From Chrysomallon squamiferum (taxonomy: Eukaryota; Animalia; Mollusca): DNA of 64,000 nt. Below are positions 1-13,894 of this stretch, piece after piece. How positions within the stretch are numbered: the first letter of the stretch is position 1; every line of letters starts with the position of its first letter. The translations under genes were made by a program, and so were the position numbers. Where the stretch lies: contig CM022670.1 of NCBI GenBank assembly GCA_012295275.1, positions 7,316,001-7,380,000 on the forward strand, given 5' to 3'. Under the pieces are notes generated by a model that saw nothing but the letters and a program-made list of their open reading frames with translations, was not told the origin of the DNA and did no database searches.

Positions 1-868
1 GTATGTGCGTATGTTGCCTGGTTCATTGGGAGTCATACGCACATCCACCCACCAACCCACACCCACACACACACACACACACATTAAAAATAATAGTAGC
101 AGAAGCAGTAGCAGTAGCAACAGCAGCAGCAGTAGCAGCAATAAGTAGTAAATAAATAAAGATAAACAACATTTGTCATACAACTGAGAAAGACACTCCT
201 GTAGACCCTCGCGGCATTCACGTCGACTTTAATTCATTCTTCAAAAGCTTCGCCATAGCAGGCAAAAAGCTATTTTAATTTAAAATGGCCGCGGCAGTGT
301 CCTATTAATATTGAATTATATTAACTGCTTGTTGCAGGCCCGACCAATAACCTACAGTTGCAAGAAAAAAAAAAAAAAAGCGAGTGAAAGCTTAACGAGA
401 ACTCGGTATAATATTTCGATTGACTAACACAAGCGAGAGAAGCGTTCTCGAAACATCTGATTGTTTAGACTGGTGCACTGCAGGGTGCCCCCACATTGTA
501 ACGTAAAAAATGTTACGCAGAAGTCTGTTGTTGATTTTATTTTTTTCTATACACCGAAAATTATATCTAATTCATAGTCGTGTAAGAAAGGTATTTTGAA
601 TGCAGAGTTTGTGTTACTTGCTGATTAATACACCCAAAAAGTCAATTTATTTTTTTGCTGGGGTGTCGTTAACCAAACAAATAAATAAATAAAGTCCATG
701 TAATTAATTATACATTATTAAAGTTTGCAACATTCTTTGCTAGTTCTAGACATGGTTTTAAATGAAATCTTTTACGGTTTATGTACTAATTATCTGTAAG
801 TTGTAAGTAGATTAGCGTGCAGATTTTGCGTTACACAATCGTATAATTATGTCCAGATGATTCAGACA

Positions 869-903
<35 letters not shown>

Positions 904-1169
904 CAAAAGTCAATCTTCATTTTAAATTTGTTTATTTAGCTGTAACGGCGTTCGTTATTTCACGTATTTAGGCAAAAATTACACTGCTAAAACAAGTTTC
1001 CATTGTGTGTATGGCGTTAGCAGTAAATTTGATACTGATTTTCAAAATGTAAAAATGTTATAATTAAATATACTGATCTAAATTATGTTAAAACAATTAT
1101 TTTGATGTCATCTTCGTTAAAAGAAAATATAATAACATGCAAGCACAGCCATAAACAAATAAATAATTC

Positions 1170-1215
<46 letters not shown>

Positions 1216-2294
1216 TGATGATGATGATGTTGATGATGATGATAACAGTAATAATAAATATTAAAAAATTAGTCTACAGTGATGATATTTATCAGTAATA
1301 ATGAAATATTAAAGTATACATGGATCATAAAACAGAACACTGTATACATCTACAACCGTGACATCACTGGTAGCAATAAATAGCAACATCTACAGCAACA
1401 AAAAAACAACAACAACAACATCGCGGTCAACAAATCATCAACGAAAATGACCACACGAAAGGAATCCCTAACCATTTGACAGCCGACAGACCCGATTTCT
1501 TTCAGTAATTCGTGACCTCAGTTGCAACCCCACAACAAAACACACTTGGTCGACAAGGAAACTATAATGACATGTTATGGGTTATCGCCCTCACACTGAG
1601 AACGTTTGCTACAATGGACGGCCAAAACCACAGCCCGGATCGACAGTTTGTTTGTCAGCTAAACCCAGAAGTAAGATTACGAACAAACGTGTCTGTTTGA
1701 TACACAGGGTTACTAAAGTTACGTTTAAAACTGTTCACACAATGGCCTTTGTGTGTGTGTGTCTGTTAGTCTGTGCGGTGGTGTGGTTGTCTGTAAACAA
1801 AAAGAAAAAGGTTTAGAGTATGAGTACGAAGAGTTTGTAAGACGGAGATGTGTGTTGATAGAACAGAAATGAGAATGTGTTGAGTTAAAATTACAAAACT
1901 GTTTAAATAAGGGGAAACAGTCTCACAGAAACAGATAGGATAAAATTATTAATAATAATAATGATAAAAATATGAAATAAAGACAACAACAAAAAAAAAA
2001 AAAAAAAAAAATTAAAATAAAATAAATAAAGAAATAAATAAAGAAACAAAGAAAGAAAGAAAAAATAGAAAAAAGATTAACAAAAAAAATAAAATAAAAT
2101 AAATAACAAGAGATGAAAAGAAATCATTAATTTTCTTTTTCTTTTATCTTAATATCAAAGATTGAAATTTTGTAATTTATTTGTTATTTTTAGAACTCTG
2201 CAAGAAATAATATATATATATTTTTTTTATCTAGGGCTGAATCGTTAACGACTTTCTTATTTGTTTTGTTTGTTTGTTTGATTGGGGTTTTTTT

Positions 2295-2328
<34 letters not shown>

Positions 2329-2538
2329 TTTGTGTACTTTTTTCAATAAACTACGCAAATTATAAAAATAATTAATAACAAAACGTTTCGAATCTTTTTA
2401 CCTAGCTATTATTTAAATGTCACACATAAACACTTAAAAATAAAATAAAATAAAATAAAATAAAATATAAATAAAAATAAAAATTAAATATAATAACAAA
2501 AAAAAAGAAAGAAAAGTAATAGTAATGATAATAATAAA

Positions 2539-2575
<37 letters not shown>

Positions 2576-2577
2576 AC

Positions 2578-2615
<38 letters not shown>

Positions 2616-3124
2616 TGAAAAATAATCGGTGGGAACAAAAATAAAGGCAATAAACTTTCAAACTAACAAAACAAAATAACTTAAAATAAAATATAAGTGA
2701 GCAAATAAATACAATAATAAATGAAATGAATGAATGATAGATTCAAAGAAGTCTTTCTTCACAGTGATAATATTCCAAATAGAACAACTTGAAAATCAAG
2801 TTTCAAGTAAATTAATGATGTATGTCTCAGTTTGTACGGAATGTCAGGAAACTGACGCAAGAGAAGACAGTTCTGTTAGATTATCATAATTTGTTTCTGA
2901 TTTTTTTTTTTTTTTTTCTTAAATACTACACAAAGTGCATATAGAATGGATGGTAATCATTCTTTTAAAAAATATATATACAGCTGCCAAGAGCTTGAAA
3001 TTAACATCGCTGGATGAAGGTCACCAAGGTTACCACAATGTGTGTCCTAACTTTGAAAACTGGTCATTCATATATAAACAACTAAGCAATAACAACAACA
3101 ACAACAATAACAACAACAAATTTA

Positions 3125-3179
<55 letters not shown>

Positions 3180-3915
3180 TATAAAATAAAAAGAAGAACA
3201 TTTTGTAATCATTCAGAAAAAAAAAAAAAAAATTAAAAAATAAGAATAAAATAAAATTATATTAAATAAAGAAATAAATAAAGAAAGAAAGAAAGAAAGA
3301 ACGAAACAAAACAACAACAACAACAAAAAAGTAATACTCTCAAAACGATTTGTGACTGCTCAGTCTTCTGGATATATTTGTTATTATTACAAGTAGACAT
3401 TAGTATTCTCCCTTGCTTTACGAAATTATTAATTTTCCTATTTTTTTTATTTTAACTATTCGAATTATCTCCAATTTTTTGTTATTAAAACAATAAGTTA
3501 GAGTCAGTAAGATTTTAGCAAAGCTGACGCATTTTTCCTTTTATATAACTTTTTAAAATTTTATTTGATTCATTTTTACCTTTTCTTCACCCGACAGAGT
3601 GCTTATTTATTATTTAAATATAGAAATATATACTTATATTATTTGTAATAAATATATGAGATGTAGTAACAATGGCAATTGTGATAATAATACACAACAA
3701 CAAAATACATGTATTTGTTTATTGGTTAGTTAATACGTATTCAAAACAAAATGTGAGAAAAATGTATAAATTCAATCGTTAATCATATATATATATATTA
3801 ATAACTAAAAATAATAATAGAGATTTACATAAAAAAGTATAAATGATGAAACAGTACAGAACAGTTAATATTTTGCAAGAACATCACTGGGTTTGGGAGA
3901 AAATGTTCCTCAGCA

Positions 3916-4594
3916 TTACTCATTAATATTCATCATTTCGATTCCTATCCCCCTCTCTGAAAATTCAGACGCGATTTTCGAAGGCTTGGCTGCGATCAGC
4001 TGGAAACGATTCTTGAGAGAGAACCACAGATCACGGACCTTCTTTTCTCCCAGACATTGTTTCACTCTCAGCCAATAGGAAAGAGTCGACTGTTTTCGAC
4101 AGCCGAGGGGTCCGCCATTGTGAATTCTTGCGTAGTCTTCGCAAGTAGGAGTGCGTCCTCCAGTGCAGTACGTTCCAAATCTTCCTGTGTACGTTCTTAC
4201 ACAGTCAGCGGCGCACCCGAAATCCTGTGTGCATTGCTTCCATCCTGTTTTAAAAAAATACAAACATGATTTATTACGATTAAAATCTTGTATTGAATGT
4301 GTCTTTCCCTCCTTACTATATGTGTTATATATGTCTGTCTGCCTGTCTGTTTATGGGGAGTTGTACCGTAAAAGGAATTTCATAAAAGAACATTGAATTA
4401 TTTATAAAATTTCAATACTGATTAATTGTTATTTATATAATTCTATCCTCAGCAGTGGATAGAAGCAAACTCTATATATTTATAAATGCTTATAATACAG
4501 CTACATCTCATTAAACCGACTATTTGAAAAAAAAAGGCATAGAACAAACAAACAAACAAACAAACAAATAAATAAATAAATAAATAAATAAATA

Positions 4595-4634
<40 letters not shown>

Positions 4635-4766
4635 ATAATAATAAATATAAATAAAAATAATTATTAAGTACGACCAGTCTAAATACATTGTTTCAAGTCT
4701 AAGGCATTTTTGTTGTGTATTATTTTTCTTATTTATTTATTTATTTATTGTTTTATTTATTTAATT

Positions 4767-4797
<31 letters not shown>

Positions 4798-4805
4798 GTT
4801 TTATT

Positions 4806-4856
<51 letters not shown>

Positions 4857-4887
4857 GATGTTGTTGTTATTATTATTATTATTATTA

Positions 4888-4937
<50 letters not shown>

Positions 4938-5122
4938 TTAGAATGAAACATGACGTCTACAGTAGTCTTGTTTATATGCCCAGTATGTCGTGATATTTTG
5001 TTACCTGCGCCAGGTCTGTAGCAGTCATTCCAGTAAGGATACTTAATCTGGTAAGGTCCACAAGAAAGTGAACCCATATCTTCTTGACAGCCTATTTGTT
5101 GACACTGAGATTCAACCTGAAT

Positions 5123-5167
<45 letters not shown>

Positions 5168-5175
5168 TACACACA

Positions 5176-5258
<83 letters not shown>

Positions 5259-5299
5259 TTATTTACTACTATTACTACTACTTCTAATAATAAATAAAC

Positions 5300-5332
<33 letters not shown>

Positions 5333-5963
5333 CACTCCAGGTTGTACACGTGTATATCTCTTTCCTCTGATCTCTTTCAGTATGTGTGTGTGTGTGTGTT
5401 TGTGCGTTTGTGTGTATATGTACATGTATTATATATAAATTATACTCACTTGACAGATACACTGCAGGCAACCGTCACTGATTTCTAAAAGAAAAACAAT
5501 GATCATGATAAAATAATTAGTAATTATGCTGTGTACTACTACTACTACTACAACTACAACTACTCCTCCTCCAACTACTACTATTGTTTCTACTACTACC
5601 ATCTCTGATTATCTATACTTTATCAGTATTAATTTTTCTATAACAATTGTTAATACAATTACAGTCACAACTACTTCAAATATGACTACTATTATACTTC
5701 TACTACTTCAAATATGACTACTAGTAAACCTCTGCTACTACTATTGTCACTAATACTACGTCGTTTACCATTACTACAACTATTACTGCTATACTACTGG
5801 TATAATACTATTGATACTATAGCTATGACTATTACTAAACTAATCCTACTAATAACTATTATACTGTAAGTATTACTGCGTCTACAAAACTTTCTACAAT
5901 TGCTACATTACCTGAATGTACGACGCCCAGTGACGACAACAAAAGGAATAAAACTCTCCACAT
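3916..5963 (-). CDS. Invertebrate-type (i-type/destabilase family) lysozyme, secreted, ~175 aa
   Basis: Exons 5963-5912, 5484-5450, 5116-5005 and 4244-3916 have GT-AG boundaries and consistent phases. Translation: MWRVLFLLLSSLGVVHS (signal peptide) EISDGCLQCICQVESQCQQIGCQEDMGSLSCGPYQIKYPYWNDC...CEDYARIHNGGPLGC. It shows the i-type motifs CLxCICxxES, SCGxxQI and HNGGPxGC, and retains the muramidase Glu (VES) and Asp (EDM). Confidence 0.95.
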
Positions 5964-5985
5964 TGTTTTTCTTCTTTAATCCTAA

Positions 5986-6050
<65 letters not shown>

Positions 6051-6517
6051 GATGAAGAAGAAGAAGAAGAAGAAGAAAAAGAAAATGAAGAAGAAAAAGA
6101 AAATGAAGAAGAAAATGTCAATGATAACAGTAAAAACTACTACTACATCTACGACTACAGGATTAAATTTGACTTTTTAAACTCTGTAATGAGTACTTTT
6201 TTTAATGATGTATATGTTTTCATTGCAAGTAAAAAAATATAGATAATTAAGATATACTTACAGTGATCTATCTATCTGTCTATCTATCTACACACACACA
6301 GATTAACAGATCACTGTATTGTATATGTTATCCATCTACCATACTATACTTTTTTCGAGGCTGAACAGTGACCCGATTTATATATTATTTCATCGCGACT
6401 GTTTCTCACTTTCATTACTTGAATGATCAACTTGACTATTTATCCTTTCTAGACAGAATCGAAACCCGAAATTAAGAATTATAATAACGATATTTAGAAA
6501 TAATAGTAAGTACGTAC

Positions 6518-6600
6518 CGATGGACGGGGTATACCAGGAAGTACAGTAAATCACGTGAATGTTGAAACTTCCTGGTTGTTTTCCTCATACTTGACTAGTT
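6518..6600 (-). other. Probable non-coding first exon (5' UTR) of the lysozyme
   Basis: The first coding exon has a TTTTAG acceptor 18 nt upstream of the ATG (exon starts at 5981), implying an upstream exon. A minus-strand donor TCG|GTACGT lies at 6517. The 5' end is not defined. Confidence 0.4.
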
Positions 6601-6736
6601 TCGGGTTCTTTGTTCTGGATATTGAGAGGTAAAGTTAGCGGTCACCGATCAGGTGTGACAAATATTCGCAACGTAAAATATTTCTGTAAACTTATTTTTT
6701 CCTACATACATGTTTATTCATTTATTATTATTATTA

Positions 6737-6782
<46 letters not shown>

Positions 6783-7304
6783 TTTAAGTCATGTTTCTGA
6801 GACAAAACGATTTACTAAACCACTCCACAGTGCGTAGCCAATGATTGTGTTGGTTTTTATATCATTACTTTCAGTCGCAGGTATTGCCTGCAAACAATTT
6901 CCAAACCATTTGTCACTACAGTTGCGCTTTCGTTTTGAACATTTCCTATCTGCTGGTCATCAAGCTGCATTTTGAACCCTGAAATAAAACACGAGAGCAA
7001 AAGTCATCAAAGAAGACCATTAACAGACAGGCGTATCGCTGTCACAGAGCTCTGTCATTGTCATTGGTAACATGTCTCGTTTGATAACGGTTTTATCTCA
7101 AAACGGTCTGTTGGTTCTTAGACGTAAGTGCCAAAGGAGCGGACCTTAAGTGATATTATCACATATTTCATAGAATTGTGGCTGTCAAGTGGTTATATAT
7201 ATATATATATATATAGACGGATTCTGTGATGTAGTGTTTTTATGGGACAGGAGATAATAGGAAGACTTTAGTAATGTCAGATATCTGTATACGAGTGATC
7301 TGTA

Positions 7305-7406
<102 letters not shown>

Positions 7407-7734
7407 AATCTAAGCAATAATCTGTTTCTGTGACCACGTTAGTTAGTATTTGTGTGTAAACTCTGTTATAAGTACTTCATTATTTATCTACAAAGCAGAA
7501 ATAAAAACTAGAAGCAAAACATCAATAAATTAATTTTCCACCATTTTAATAGATTGTGCATCATTGAAAACATCAATATTCAGTTTAATTCAACAAATGA
7601 AAATAAACAAAATGTGATGAAAAAACCCCAACAATATGTATTAATTTACAACATAAAGAATTATTAAAAACAAGAAAAACGATGGCTACCATCCAACCTG
7701 CAGTGTTAGCTTTATTACAGCTATTACGGTACGT

Positions 7735-7749
7735 TGACGTCACTTCCGC
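7735..7749. promoter_or_regulatory. Overlapping ETS-CRE composite motif (GCGGAAGTGACGTCA on the minus strand)
   Basis: The sequence TGACGTCACTTCCGC is a full palindromic CRE overlapping an ETS core. Function is untested. Confidence 0.4.
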
Positions 7750-10419
7750 CTAACACTCATCTAGAAGTAAGTTTTTAAAATATCTTTTTTCGTCTTGGTT
7801 TACTTTAGCAAGATCATAAATAAAAAACAAACAAAAAAAACACCCATTCAACCTCTCTATGAAAACAAAATCGCAGTAATATTAAGAGCATTATTAAAAC
7901 AATGCCCATGTATTTAATTTATAATTTTCCCGTTGAAACAATAGACATGACAGACTAGAATGTAGAATTCTGTATGTTTACATAAATGTAAAATGTAAAT
8001 CCTATGTTCAGAAATAATGTAAAGTTAGTTACAAAACAACTGCAGAAAAGTATATTTAGAAAACTAATTAAGTATGTTATTTAAATATGTGCAATCTGTA
8101 ACATTAAATGTTTTAATTAATGTTACTTAAACTTTCTATTTCAATGTATACAGTTCTTTAGTTTTAATAGTGAGGAAATGCATGTTGGCAAATTCATGAA
8201 TGCTTGTCATAATAAAAATAAACAGGACCAAAACATCAGTGGTGAAATGTCTAATAAAAAATTTCAATAAAATAAAATAAAGTATTTACTAATTTATTTA
8301 TAATTTCTGTAAGTGAAAATACAATTCAATCATGTTTTACTTTTAATTCCAAATTTACAATACTAAAAACATCTCATTAGAAATCATAAAACACACACAA
8401 ACATACATTTTATTTTTATAAATTATTATTTTAAAATATTTTTTTTTCTCACAAATATCAGTTTACTTTTTGTTAAACAGCAGCAGTGAACTAAGAGTAC
8501 TGCTATTGTCATGATACTGGGAGTGGAGTGCTGATCACAATTGGATGCCACTTTTCAAAATTTAGGAGCTTAGTATAAAATGAATGATAAATGAATTAAC
8601 TGTTTAATACAACACAAAACAATGCTAGTAATATGGCTACACAGTTTCCTCATTAATAATTAGTTCAGGGTACAGATGAAAGTTTATTTAAACACTCCTC
8701 AGAAGTAGAGATTTATTCAGGATGAAAACTCAGGGAGCACAGGGTTTATCCTTTCACTATCTGATTGTAACTTAAAGTCTTATCACAGAACCCTTTGTAA
8801 TTCAAATCCTGTTAGCATAAATACTACATTAAAATCAATTCATTTTTGTGAAAAAACTATTTAAAAATAACAGAAGCCGTAATTTAAATTGTTTTAACAA
8901 TGACAAAATAATTACTCCTTATCAAAACTCAAACTGAATTTAAAATTATGACACAGCTTCAAAGGAAAAATTATTAAATAAATATAATACACAAATCTGA
9001 AAAAAACTGAAAATATAAAACATCTAATAAGCTAATGCAGTGATGACTTGTAATTAAAAAAAACTTTGGTATTAGACAGAAATGAAAATCGAGCCAAAAT
9101 ACATCACATATTAATATCAAATTATTATTTAGGAATAGTGAAATACACATTACTTAACTGCTCATATAAAAAATGATGACATCACAAGACTAAAGGTAAT
9201 AAGACTTTAAAATGTCACATACATCACACACATAAAAAAAATCATAATAAATAAATAAAAATAAAATGGAAAACTAGAAAAATAAAATGTACATTTGATC
9301 ACAATGCTTATGAAAAATGAGGAGTTTTCCAACACCTGTGAGGAATAATAAAAAAATGTAACCAGTATTAAAGAAAAAAAGAGATTATTTAATATAGAAA
9401 AAATAAAAATAAATACAAGTTATACAAATTTCAGTATGCAATTTACATAAAACAAGACTATGAAATATATACCTGTTCAAACTTTCTTTATAATCAATAA
9501 ACAATATATTAAATGACCCAAACTTAATTGTTATGATTTTGCTGAAATGTTACTAAATTGTGGTTTATTTTATTTAATAAAGTCTTCTTTTTGCAATTAT
9601 TTTGTTATGATACAGACAATAAACGCAAAACTGAAAAGTCTAAGTAAGTTTTGCAAATATATTATAGAACACCACAGATATATTTAAAATGATTTAATTA
9701 TTACATGTTATACATGGAATGGGTGGGAATTATATTAAATAATAATTATTTTAATATAGACCACAACAAAAATAATAATGTTACATTATTTACATGAATT
9801 CCACACTTTCTGTTATCAACTTTTTACAGAGTGTGACATATGTGTTTGTAACACAAGAAGAAAACAGAAGTAACCTATAAAGAAAAGATGTTTGTTTTTA
9901 TTTCATTTTTATTATTATGCTGGAAACAAGTTTATTGTTAATACCCAAACAACATCTAGAGGGCAAAAAAAAAAAAAAATAAAAATAAAATAATAAACAT
10001 CTCCAAAAGAAAATAAATCAAAACAGTATTAATACTGAAGAAAGAAAGTAGAGAATTTTGAATATGTATTTCTAAAAATCTATTTGAATTAAGAAAAAAA
10101 AAAAAAATTATATTCATTTATAATAATAATAAAAGAAATATGCCATAACAAACTAAATTTTAATATTTTTAAAATAAATAAATTCATCTAACATGAAATA
10201 TACAATCCACTCATTTCATCATTCTCTTAATTTTGATTTGATCACTTCATTATCTTTATCATTCCAATTTTTTTTTTGTAATCTTTTCTTTTAATACAGT
10301 TATAAGTGAACAGTCTGGATCCGAATAAAAAGATAAAACTGTAAAATTCTGTTCTCACACACACCATATTCAAATTATGTCACAGTAACAACAACATGAC
10401 AGCATAAAAACCCTGAGCA

Positions 10420-12983
10420 TTATGTTTTTCTTTTTGAACTCGGCTTATTCTTTATGGCTTTTTTGCTTGAGCTTCCTCCTCCAAACATATTTGTGAACAT
10501 TTCTGACATATCTGGCATATTGGGCTTTGTGCTGAATGCACTCATCTGTGACTGCATCTCCTGAAAACAGAAATTTATGTAGTTTGAAAAGAAGACAGAA
10601 TAGCATAATTCAAAATCTCTTTCTTTTTAAAGTATAAATGAATAAATGTTCTGATAAAATTCTTCATACTTGCAATGAATTATTTTACTGTTTTGTGCAA
10701 TCTAATATCACTTATAACAAGTAACACAATAAATTAGACTAAACATTATCATTTTAACTGTTCATGTCTGTAGTTGTAATACCATAAAGTACATAACAAA
10801 CAGACAGACAGACAGCTGCCTATTTTCTGATAATCCTAGGATTAACTGAAGAAGAAATTAATATGCTTAGAAACAAAATGACATGAAATAACACCAAACA
10901 AATATTAAATTGTGCTCCTTAGTTGCTAAACTTCATTGTTACTTAATACTGAATATAAAAATAAAAACAATTTGAAAATATGCAGAACATATTTAAAATA
11001 TTTCTTTCTTTCACCAAATTTACATTTTAAAGCTTTGATGTTATTTACAGACTAAATGACTGAACAAATATTATGTGAAAAACACCAATAAAACAGAATG
11101 AACTTGTAAATATTTAACAACACTTCATCATATTTTAAAAATTTACTATAGCTGAATGTCAAATGCAAGTTTTGGCAGTTTTTTTTTACACCAGTGATAT
11201 AACTCTTTAAAAATCACCAATAAAAAGATGACTAGATCATTTTCATTGTAACAGATGCCTGTACACTTTCTGCCACTGATTTGGCTAATTTTATGATTAG
11301 AAAGTCAGGATATTTTGACAGGCAAGTAAATATAATAAAACAATAACTTCAGTCGAAACCTTCTCTCATATTTTAAGAAAGACCAGACTTCTGATAAAAA
11401 TGGAACAATAACCTGAAGTAAGTGGAAAATTTACATTTCAGGTTGACAATCACGTATTTGGCATTAATATCCACTAAAACAATTTCAGATTTCCCTGTCA
11501 TACTGCACATACAGACATTTAGCCCCAGTCATCAGTAAATCAGGTTAGCTGCAAATTCCACTTGTGCACTTTGTAAGCAGAAGTGATGAAGTTTCTTATG
11601 TAAGTCAACAGAATTATCCATAATATGTTGTATTTTTTTACCAGTATTTCATTAAAATTTCACCATCATTTATCAACTAACAGGTACTGATTTACAGGGA
11701 ATTTTAAATGTAGGATGAAGTAGTAAAGTAAACTCAGTTATCCACAGTTTCCAGTGATGGTTAACCCATATGGTAAATAAATTAAAAACAATTATTTTTA
11801 ACATATATGATACATACTGTGGCTAATTATTAGGTATACAGGTACAGCTGGACAAAAAAAAAAAACCTACTCAATTAGATACAAATTGCATTTAGCCTTA
11901 TAGGACGTTTATTTTTATCACAGTTATGACAATAAATAAACACTGAAGAATAAAAAATATGTTAATACCTTTTGTGTTTCTGGATCGGCTGCACTCATCA
12001 TTTTTGGTAAAACCATGATAAGAAGAAGAGGCAACACCATTGTCAGCACCTGTTGATTAAAAAAAAAAAAAAAAAACACTTCAGGTTATTTAACAATCAA
12101 AATTTAGGTCTATTTGTGCCATAGGGACACACATATTTTATCAAAAAAAGCAAACAATTGATTTTCTTAACAAAAAGTGGAATGGTAAAGATTAACAGTA
12201 ATTAATAATACATTTTCATTGCGGGTGTCTATAAACAGAAAACTATCAATAAAATTTAAAATTAAGTTTTATTTTCCAGAAAACATGTTTGCAAACCTGC
12301 CCTTCCCTAACTGAACATTTACTGGTCTGATTACACCAACAAAATTTGTCTTTTCACAATATAAATGAAAAAAAAAAAGTCTAACCAAGCTTTTACAGGA
12401 CATTTTCACAAACAATTCATACCATTGGATTAAAGAGGAAGTCTTGAACTCTCCACTGTTCTCTGGGTTGAAAATATGTAGCTTTTCCACGGTCTCTGAT
12501 TTCCAGGGGGTAAGGCAGAGTCTTCACTAGATTTGGCTGCAAGTGATTCACTCTTCGTGCACGGATTTTCCCCTTTGATGTAATATCCACTCTGGCAGAC
12601 TCAAACAGATAAGAAGGATGTGTGACGTCAACAATAAATGATCCTGATGGTAATCCATGTATAACAAAAGAACCATCACTCCTAAAAGGATCAAAATAAA
12701 AAAAAAAACACAAACAAATGAATGTGTGCGGTGTAAATTTTGGTCGGTATTTTTATATTATTAACTTTCATGGTTGATTTCGCACATACTATGTGATGCA
12801 CATTTTGTTTAAAACATAACAATATTCTATACAGGTAACACCAATGATTCTGGTAGTAGTGTACACTTTAATGTAATTATAGATTATATTTGTAAAACAG
12901 TAAATTAGTAATACGGTGAGATTGTAGTTTATCATTTACCAGTCGTTCTAATAGAAGGTGAATAATGAAAGATTAGTTGACAA

Positions 12984-13015
<32 letters not shown>

Positions 13016-13409
13016 GTACTACTACTAACAATAATAAATTTACAAAATCAGCCTTGGAAATTATTACTATTGTTATTCCAGTTTTAATACTTAATAAATA
13101 TTAACAGCAATACTATTATTACTTTATATTATTAGGTTATTAGTAATACGACTCAGTCACGATAGTCACATCGTCATGATTACGTGATGATAGTGCATGT
13201 AAAAAGAAAATCTTCAAAATGAATGAAGCTCACTTTAAATGACCAACATACTGTCCCCCATCAACAAGGATTTTCGTATTTGGAATCCAGTTTTTATCAC
13301 GAGCAGACATTATCTCAACCTTTCCTTCAATTTTAAAATTTCCTACATCTGCGACTTCTGAGGATGAGGCAAAATAAAGCCCAAAAAGCAGCAATACAAA
13401 GTACTTCAT
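10420..13409 (-). CDS. EMC7: ER membrane protein complex subunit 7, ~218 aa
   Basis: Exons 13409-13234, 12681-12423, 12049-11969 and 10560-10420 are GT-AG and in phase. The protein has a signal peptide, a lumenal domain (GHLKSDGSFVIHGLPSGSFIVDV...RVDITSKGKIRARRVN...YFQPREQWRVQDFLFNPM), a TM helix VLTMVLPLLLIMVLPKMM, DPETQKEMQ, and a Lys-rich tail. Confidence 0.96.
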
Positions 13410-13894
13410 ATTAAAGCGAATGTAACGGAACCGGAAACAGTACTTTTCGTGACGCGTATAAATAAACTCGGAAAACCTCGTATTTGTTCGGCAACTGTCG
13501 GAAAATGAGAATACATATTTCTTCGTTACTGCATGGAAAAGTCCATCATAAAATTTATTCTTCATGCATTTTCTGGGGGGGGGGGGGAATCGACATATTC
13601 CATGTTTATTTATTTATTTTTATCTTTGTCTTTATTTCAAGTAACGATAAATGCAGTTTATTATAAATAAAAAACAAATGAATTTCATGATATTTGATAT
13701 GCTTTTATCTCCCATTTTCAAAGTCAGAATCATTTGTGTACGGGCATCTGTTGCAACGAAAATGATCTATTCATCTTCTTATTGATGAATTTAAAAGAGA
13801 TATAGCCCTTCCTTAAACCGGCAAAGTTTTAATGAACAGTATATCATATATTATTGTCGTATTTACGTATCTCGTGATTAAAACTCGTTTAAAC

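Noticed and set aside
1500-1816. Short plus-strand ORFs in a GC-richer patch, with a possible TTTCAG acceptor at 1505
   Set aside because: No recognisable domain or linked exons. It may be the terminal exon or UTR of a gene outside the window, but this cannot be supported here.
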